NCBI GenBank assembly: GCA_016787045.1
Contig: JAEUVA010000008.1
Span: 113,743-177,742, forward strand
Length of the DNA: 64,000 nt
Reading direction: 5' to 3'
DNA from: Chitinophagales bacterium
GTDB taxonomy: Bacteria > Bacteroidota > Bacteroidia > Chitinophagales > LD1
Shown one piece after another: positions 58,707 through 64,000 of this stretch; positions within the stretch are counted from its first letter, which is position 1; each line of letters begins with the position of its first letter. The translations under genes were made by a program, and so were the position numbers. The notes below the pieces were generated by a model, which saw only the letters and a list, made by a program, of their open reading frames with translations, was not told where the DNA came from and made no database searches.

Positions 58707-60629
58707 ATGAAAATACAGGTTGCACTATTGTTTGTATCTGCGCTACTAGGGAGTTGCGCCACTGCTCAAATTACCACCAAAGAAACAGCCAAAGGCAAAG
58801 CAAAAGAGTACTACGACCGTGCAGATATGGACATAGCGTACCAAAAGTTTTACATGGCCGACTCTTTGTTGCAACTAGCAGTTAAAGAAAAAGACAACTT
58901 TATTGATGCCTGGCTCATGATTGGCGAGTTGCAATCGCGGGTAATGCGTAATTATGAAAAAGCGGCCAATGCATACGAAAAAGCAATCACTCTGCAATCT
59001 GATTATTCGCCCGATGCGGTATTTAACCTGGGGATGTGTTATTTGAATTTGAGCAAGTACGAAAAAGCTGAAACGCAACTCAAAAACTATCTGGCTTTTC
59101 CTAAAACATCGGGCATGTCTAAGATTAAGGCAGATAAAATGTTGGTAGATTGTGGGTTTGCAAAAGATGCCCTCAAAAATCCGGTAGATTTTAAACCTGT
59201 TAACATGGGCAGAAACATCAATACTGCCGATGACGAAAGTATGCCCTCACTTACGGCTGATGGCAAATATCTCTGTTTCACAAAGCATTTTGGTAAGGGG
59301 ATATATCAGGATGAGGATATTTACTGGAGTTTAAACACCGCATCGGGTTTTGCTCCGGCCATTGGCGTTAGTTCTATGATAAATACCGAACAATACATAG
59401 AAGGTGCTCAAAACATATCAGCCAGTGGTAAGTATTTATTTTTTACCAGTGCCGATCGCAGAGATGGTTTAGGCAGTGCCGATATTTATATGGCACGAAA
59501 AGTGGGCGATGTATGGGAACGCGCCAATAACCTTGGCTCGCCAGTTAACACTCCGGGGTACGAAACCCAGCCCTTTATTACAGCAGATGGCAAGGCGCTA
59601 TACTTTTCTTCTACCCGCAGTGATGGAGAAGGAGGCACCGATATTTATGTAAGTTACCTCAATGCAGATGGTACTTGGGGCAAGCCACAAAATTTAGGCA
59701 AAACCATCAACACCATGTTTGATGAAATGCGCCCCTTTCTTCATGCCGATGGAAAAACGCTTTATTTCTCCTCGCGCGGTCATGCAGGTATGGGAAATTT
59801 TGATTTGTATATGAGCACTCTGCAAGCCGATGGCTCATGGGGACTACCCGTAAATCTCGGTTACCCCATAAACACTGCAGGTGATGAGTTAGGGATATAC
59901 ATTACCCCCGATGGTAGTACCGGGTACTTTGCGTCTGAACGTGATGGCGGCTTTGGCCAAATGGATATCTACCGATTTGAAATGCCGGTAGGTGTACGCC
60001 CCGGCTACACCACATACATTAAAGGGAATGTATTTGATAGCGAGAGCCGTGAACCCATACAAGCCAATGTACAGGTGTATGATTTAGAAACCGGCAAGCT
60101 TTATGCTTCTATGAGTGCCGATAAAGTGAATGGCAACTTTCTTTCCACATTACCCACCGGAAAAAAATACGGCATACAGGTCATGAAAGACGGTTATCTG
60201 TTTTACTCACAACATATCTCATTAGAAAATGTAACACAGGGCGCCCCTTTTGAAGTAAATATCGGACTAAAGAAAATTCAAATAGGGGGAAAAATAATAT
60301 TGAACAATGTATTCTTTGACTCAGAGAAACATGATTTAAAAAATGAATCTATAGCAGAGTTAGATAATGTACTTAAACTACTGCAAAAGAACGTTACGCT
60401 CAAAATTGAAATTGGTGGCCACACCGACAACACCGGTACTGAAACCAAAAATAAAGAGCTATCAGAAAAAAGAGCGCAGAGCGTGTATAATTACTTGGCT
60501 GAAAAAGGAATAGAGAGTACACGGATGAGTTTTAAAGGGTATGCATCTTCTAAACCGGTAGCCGATAACAATACCGATGAGGGTAAAGCCAAAAACAGAA
60601 GAACAGAGTTGGTAGTAACCGGTATATAG
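58707..60629 (+). CDS. OmpA family lipoprotein (TPR + TolB-like beta-propeller repeats + CarboxypepD_reg-like + OmpA_C); paralogue of 10497-12386
   Basis: 640 aa. Lipobox LLGSC. DGK.LYF.S....G..DIY repeats. C-terminal IGGHTDNTGTETKNKELSEKRAQSVYNYL...NRRTE. Confidence 0.85.
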   Translation: MKIQVALLFVSALLGSCATAQITTKETAKGKAKEYYDRADMDIAYQKFYMADSLLQLAVKEKDNFIDAWLMIGELQSRVMRNYEKAANAYEKAITLQSDYSPDAVFNLGMCYLNLSKYEKAETQLKNYLAFPKTSGMSKIKADKMLVDCGFAKDALKNPVDFKPVNMGRNINTADDESMPSLTADGKYLCFTKHFGKGIYQDEDIYWSLNTASGFAPAIGVSSMINTEQYIEGAQNISASGKYLFFTSADRRDGLGSADIYMARKVGDVWERANNLGSPVNTPGYETQPFITADGKALYFSSTRSDGEGGTDIYVSYLNADGTWGKPQNLGKTINTMFDEMRPFLHADGKTLYFSSRGHAGMGNFDLYMSTLQADGSWGLPVNLGYPINTAGDELGIYITPDGSTGYFASERDGGFGQMDIYRFEMPVGVRPGYTTYIKGNVFDSESREPIQANVQVYDLETGKLYASMSADKVNGNFLSTLPTGKKYGIQVMKDGYLFYSQHISLENVTQGAPFEVNIGLKKIQIGGKIILNNVFFDSEKHDLKNESIAELDNVLKLLQKNVTLKIEIGGHTDNTGTETKNKELSEKRAQSVYNYLAEKGIESTRMSFKGYASSKPVADNNTDEGKAKNRRTELVVTGI

Positions 60630-60723
60630 AACTATCTTACTATCACACATAAACGAGCATAACAACCACTGTGCCGCTAGCAGTTGATGTATTTTCATTG
60701 CAAAGCATAAAAACAGATAACCT

Positions 60724-61737
60724 TTGAAATCAGGAAAAAGTACGTTGGTGGTTATTTACATAGCCATTGCCCTAGCTGTTGGTATTTTTGTTGGGTTCAA
60801 ACTAAATAGTTTGCTTGAATCTAAAAAACAATCAGAACCCCCAATTGCTTCCCCCAAAAACATGTTTGAAATACGTGAAAGTGGCTACCGCTACATCAGC
60901 CCACTGTGGGATTGCGACTGCGTTGCCCCTTCAGATCTGAATTCTCTAACACAACTTGACTCCACAATAAGAACTTATACTAATGCTTGCAATCAAAGTG
61001 GCAAAACGAGCAACATTGCGGTGTACTTTCGCGACATGAACAACGGCCCTTGGATTGGCATCAATGAAGATGTAGCTTACGCTCCTGCAAGTTTGCTTAA
61101 GGTACCCATTATGATTGCTGCATTTAAAATGGCAGAAAACAATCCGGCTTTTTTGGAAAAGAAAATCCACTACAATACACCAGTAGATACTACACACATT
61201 AACCTAAGCGATAGCTTGCACATAGTGCCCGGTCATTACTATACTATTCAAAATCTTATTGAGTACATGATTATTGGCTCAGATAACAACGCCAAACAGT
61301 TAGTACTCAACGAAATTGGAGATTCGTATTTTTTCAAAATTATGCAAGACTTAGGCATCAATCCCTCGTCTAATAGTGATTTTGTGTCGGTGCGCATGTA
61401 CTCCTCTTTTTTTAGAGTACTCTACAATGCCAGTTATTTGAATAAACAATACTCAGAGACAGCTTTAGAAATCCTTTCCAGAAGTTCTTTTAAAAGTGGT
61501 ATTGCCGCACATATACCTGCCGGAGTTACAGTGGCCAATAAGTTTGGTGAACGTGATTTTTACGGCTCTACAGTTAAGCAATTGCATGATTGTGGCATTA
61601 TATACCATCCGCAACATCCATACTTACTTTGTATAATGACCCGTGGAAATGATTTCGAAACGCAACGGAAAGTAATTTCTGACATATCAAAAATAATTTA
61701 CGATGGTGTGGATAGCGGCAAATTCAACTATGACTAG
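60724..61737 (+). CDS. membrane-anchored serine hydrolase, class A beta-lactamase-like
   Basis: 337 aa with N-terminal TM anchor. SLLK (SxxK), SDN and KFG (KTG-like) motifs in the correct order. TTG start per ORF track. Confidence 0.7.
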   Translation: MKSGKSTLVVIYIAIALAVGIFVGFKLNSLLESKKQSEPPIASPKNMFEIRESGYRYISPLWDCDCVAPSDLNSLTQLDSTIRTYTNACNQSGKTSNIAVYFRDMNNGPWIGINEDVAYAPASLLKVPIMIAAFKMAENNPAFLEKKIHYNTPVDTTHINLSDSLHIVPGHYYTIQNLIEYMIIGSDNNAKQLVLNEIGDSYFFKIMQDLGINPSSNSDFVSVRMYSSFFRVLYNASYLNKQYSETALEILSRSSFKSGIAAHIPAGVTVANKFGERDFYGSTVKQLHDCGIIYHPQHPYLLCIMTRGNDFETQRKVISDISKIIYDGVDSGKFNYD

Positions 61738-61746
61738 GCAATAGCA

Positions 61747-62529
61747 CTACTGTAAAATCTCCTCTTGTTCTACAGTGGGGGTATCCTGTTTTTCTAACCA
61801 AAAATTATTATATCCCTCTCCAATAGTTACAGCTACTTTCTGTTCTTGTATTAGTTCTAATATGGAAAGAAATACAAAAATGGCATGGACTCTGTTCTCC
61901 ACTCCCTGAAAAGCTTCTACAAAATTTAGTTTTGTGCTGGTTGTCATTCTATCTAAAAGCAACATTTTTTCTCCGGCTAGTGTGTAGGGTGGGTTTTCTA
62001 CCGTGTGTACAACCTTGTTCTTCTCACGAGCCACTCTATCAAGCACATTTTGAAATGCTTTGAGCAACCGAAACATAGTCAAGCTCTGCATTTCAAATTC
62101 TGTTTCAAAAAGTGCAGCAATTTCGCGGCTCTCGTTTACAGCGTTACCACGCTTATTGATGCTTTGGCGCTCCTCCTCCATTTTACGAAGTGCCTCGGTA
62201 GCTTCTTTGTACTTTTTGTATTCAATCAGTCGGGTTACTAACTCATCGCGGGGATCAATCTCTACACCGGTAATGGGGTTAATCTCTTTGCGGGGCAAAA
62301 GCATTTTTGCTTTTATGCGCATAAGTGTAGCAGCTACCAAAATAAACTCGCTGGCCACCTCCACATTGAGCCGCTCCATACTGTGGATGTAAGTCAAAAA
62401 ATCTTCTGTAATGATTGAAATGGGAATATCATAAATATCCAACTCATCGCGCTCAATAAAGAACAGCAACAAGTCAAAAGGCCCCTCAAACTGCGGGAGT
62501 TTTATCTCGTAAGTATCTTGCATATACAA
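61747..62529 (-). CDS. scpA: segregation and condensation protein A
   Basis: 260 aa. FEGPFDLLLFFIERDELDIYDIPI N-terminal signature. Confidence 0.88.
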   Translation of the reverse strand: MYMQDTYEIKLPQFEGPFDLLLFFIERDELDIYDIPISIITEDFLTYIHSMERLNVEVASEFILVAATLMRIKAKMLLPRKEINPITGVEIDPRDELVTRLIEYKKYKEATEALRKMEEERQSINKRGNAVNESREIAALFETEFEMQSLTMFRLLKAFQNVLDRVAREKNKVVHTVENPPYTLAGEKMLLLDRMTTSTKLNFVEAFQGVENRVHAIFVFLSILELIQEQKVAVTIGEGYNNFWLEKQDTPTVEQEEILQ

Positions 62530-62564
62530 GGCGCAAATTTAGCCGAACTTGTCAGAAAAGCAGT

Positions 62565-62918
62565 TTAGAGTTGTGTCTCTGTCCACTCGTTAAATAGCTC
62601 ATCCAAGAAAATATTTTCTTCTCGGGTAATCACTTTATCTGCTTTAGTGAGTTGAATGGCATACTCCAAAAATTTATTGCGCTCTTGCTCTGTGCTATCT
62701 TCATAAAAATCAGCCATACATTTTTGAAAGTGAATCATGTATTCATCTTGCTTCAAGGCACTGATAACCTCCATATCTCGGTCTAAGTTTACGTTTACCG
62801 GAATTTCATTCTCTATCCATTTTTCAATTATCCTGTCTTCTTTACCGTTAAATTTTCCATCTACAGCAGATAGTATCATCAGCATATGGTAACCGGCAAT
62901 TGGTTTATTCTTTTTCAT
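62565..62918 (-). CDS. hypothetical protein, possibly TerB-like helical domain
   Basis: 117 aa. MLMILSAVDGKFNGKEDRIIEKWI ... KADKVITREENIFLDEL resembles TerB-type repeats. A weak call. Confidence 0.45.
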   Translation of the reverse strand: MKKNKPIAGYHMLMILSAVDGKFNGKEDRIIEKWIENEIPVNVNLDRDMEVISALKQDEYMIHFQKCMADFYEDSTEQERNKFLEYAIQLTKADKVITREENIFLDELFNEWTETQL

Positions 62919-63022
62919 GTGTATTTGCTCTTAGTTTGCGAAATATAAACCAGCCCTGCATGTTTGCAACATTTTTTTCGGCACAAAACTTGACGTTTGT
63001 GGATTATACACGTACTTTGCGT

Positions 63023-63478
63023 ATGAAATTCTTAATTATGAGACTATACACCATATCTTTTATTGCCTTTTTTGTACTCACTGCTTTTGCCCAGAATAAG
63101 TACGATGGCGATATGCTCACCTCTTTTCTGGGAAAATCATCTGCCAGTGTTGAGCTTAAAGACTTGAAAGCCGGTTACAACTGCCAAATGGCTAATGAAA
63201 ATCATTACCTGAGCCGCGATGGTATTGAACTAATACTTAGCAATGGAGTTTTATATGAAATTCACTTGTATGCAACAAGTGCAGTATATGGAAATTTTAC
63301 CGGTAAACTACCTAAAAATTTGCGCTTTGGCATGTATAGCAGCGAGTTGAAAAACCTTTTAGGAAAACCCTTGGTGAGTTACAACTCCGGATACTGTGAA
63401 TACGCTGTAGGAGACTATCTGCTTTCCTGTTGGTTTGAAGCGGGCAAACTCAATCAAATGGGCATTGCTCTTAAGTAG
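63023..63478 (+). CDS. hypothetical secreted protein
   Basis: Start at ATG 63023 gives the signal peptide MKFLIMRLYTISFIAFFVLTAFAQ. No family recognised. Confidence 0.5.
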   Translation: MKFLIMRLYTISFIAFFVLTAFAQNKYDGDMLTSFLGKSSASVELKDLKAGYNCQMANENHYLSRDGIELILSNGVLYEIHLYATSAVYGNFTGKLPKNLRFGMYSSELKNLLGKPLVSYNSGYCEYAVGDYLLSCWFEAGKLNQMGIALK

Positions 63479-63495
63479 CGTGTACCCCACCAGTT

Positions 63496-64000
63496 CTATT
63501 TCTTATATTGCGCTATAACTTGTTTTGCTGTTTTGTTTACCTCATCAGCCAACAATTTTGGCTTCAGCACTTTTACAGTAGCTCCGTAGCTGAGTAGTTG
63601 CATTTTCAATTCGGTATTGATAACTACTTGCAGTTCCACTTCCAAAAAGCCGTTTTTATCTCTGATAATTTTTTGTGAATGGTGGATGGGTACAGTTTTG
63701 ATATACCGACCCTGCAATTCTGAAAACCTGAGTACAACTCTCTCGGGATTACCCTCACCTATGGTTACACCTACTACATTGCTGAAAAAATTCTTCTTGT
63801 CCAACCGTACTTCTTCAAACACCACCTCGGTTATGCGCATTTCACTAATGCGGTCTAAAGCAAAAGTGAGTATTTTTTTTTCTTGCTTATTGATTCTTCG
63901 CCCAATCACATACCAAAAATTTTTACTTTCCTTTATCAAGTACGGCTCCAACAAAGTTTGATCATTACTTTCGCTACCGTGCTTTTGATAGTTAAACTGC
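63496..64000 (-). CDS. WYL domain-containing transcriptional regulator (C-terminal part; 5' end lies beyond the window)
   Basis: LEPYLIKESKNFWYVIGR...(WYL core)...VLKPKLL. The reading frame stays open upstream to position 64000, so the gene is truncated by the window edge. Confidence 0.7.
   Translation of the reverse strand, partial: QFNYQKHGSESNDQTLLEPYLIKESKNFWYVIGRRINKQEKKILTFALDRISEMRITEVVFEEVRLDKKNFFSNVVGVTIGEGNPERVVLRFSELQGRYIKTVPIHHSQKIIRDKNGFLEVELQVVINTELKMQLLSYGATVKVLKPKLLADEVNKTAKQVIAQYKK

Overview
This is a 64-kb chromosomal window from a Bacteroidota genome. Supporting signs are type A and type B T9SS C-terminal sorting domains, PorP/SprF, TonB-dependent receptors with CarboxypepD_reg N-termini, the nadC-DUF4783 and DUF3822-rsmD gene pairs, A-rich starts without Shine-Dalgarno sequences, and TAnnTTTG -7 boxes. 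I call about 57 tightly packed CDS and one intact tRNA.

Most genes are housekeeping: sod, pdhA, recF, nadC, gpmI, cdsA, tatD, gpsA, der, dprA, hutI, msrB, guaB, lepA, atpD, atpC, asnB, queE and scpA. Interleaved with them is a cell-surface set:
- a 1693-aa type-B-CTD adhesin in an apparent operon with an OmpA/TPR/beta-propeller protein and PorP/SprF
- a 1557-aa SprB-repeat type-B-CTD protein whose N-terminus looks like the thrombospondin C-terminal lectin domain
- a type-A-CTD LVIVD protein
- two TonB-dependent receptors
- an 1104-aa M1 metallopeptidase with a beta-barrel-like C-terminal half

I see no rRNA, CRISPR array, transposase, integrase or prophage genes. I cannot honestly point to a self-contained novel multi-gene system such as a defence island.

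The items most worth a second look are:
1. a mosaic tRNA-Arg locus in which two tRNA-like pieces carry an anticodon-less hairpin
2. the thrombospondin-C-like domain on a T9SS adhesin
3. the M1 peptidase/beta-barrel fusion
4. a 42-bp minisatellite downstream of the adhesin operon
5. a small-ORF transcription unit just upstream of the large adhesin

All domain calls come from reading the translated ORFs by eye; no searches were run.
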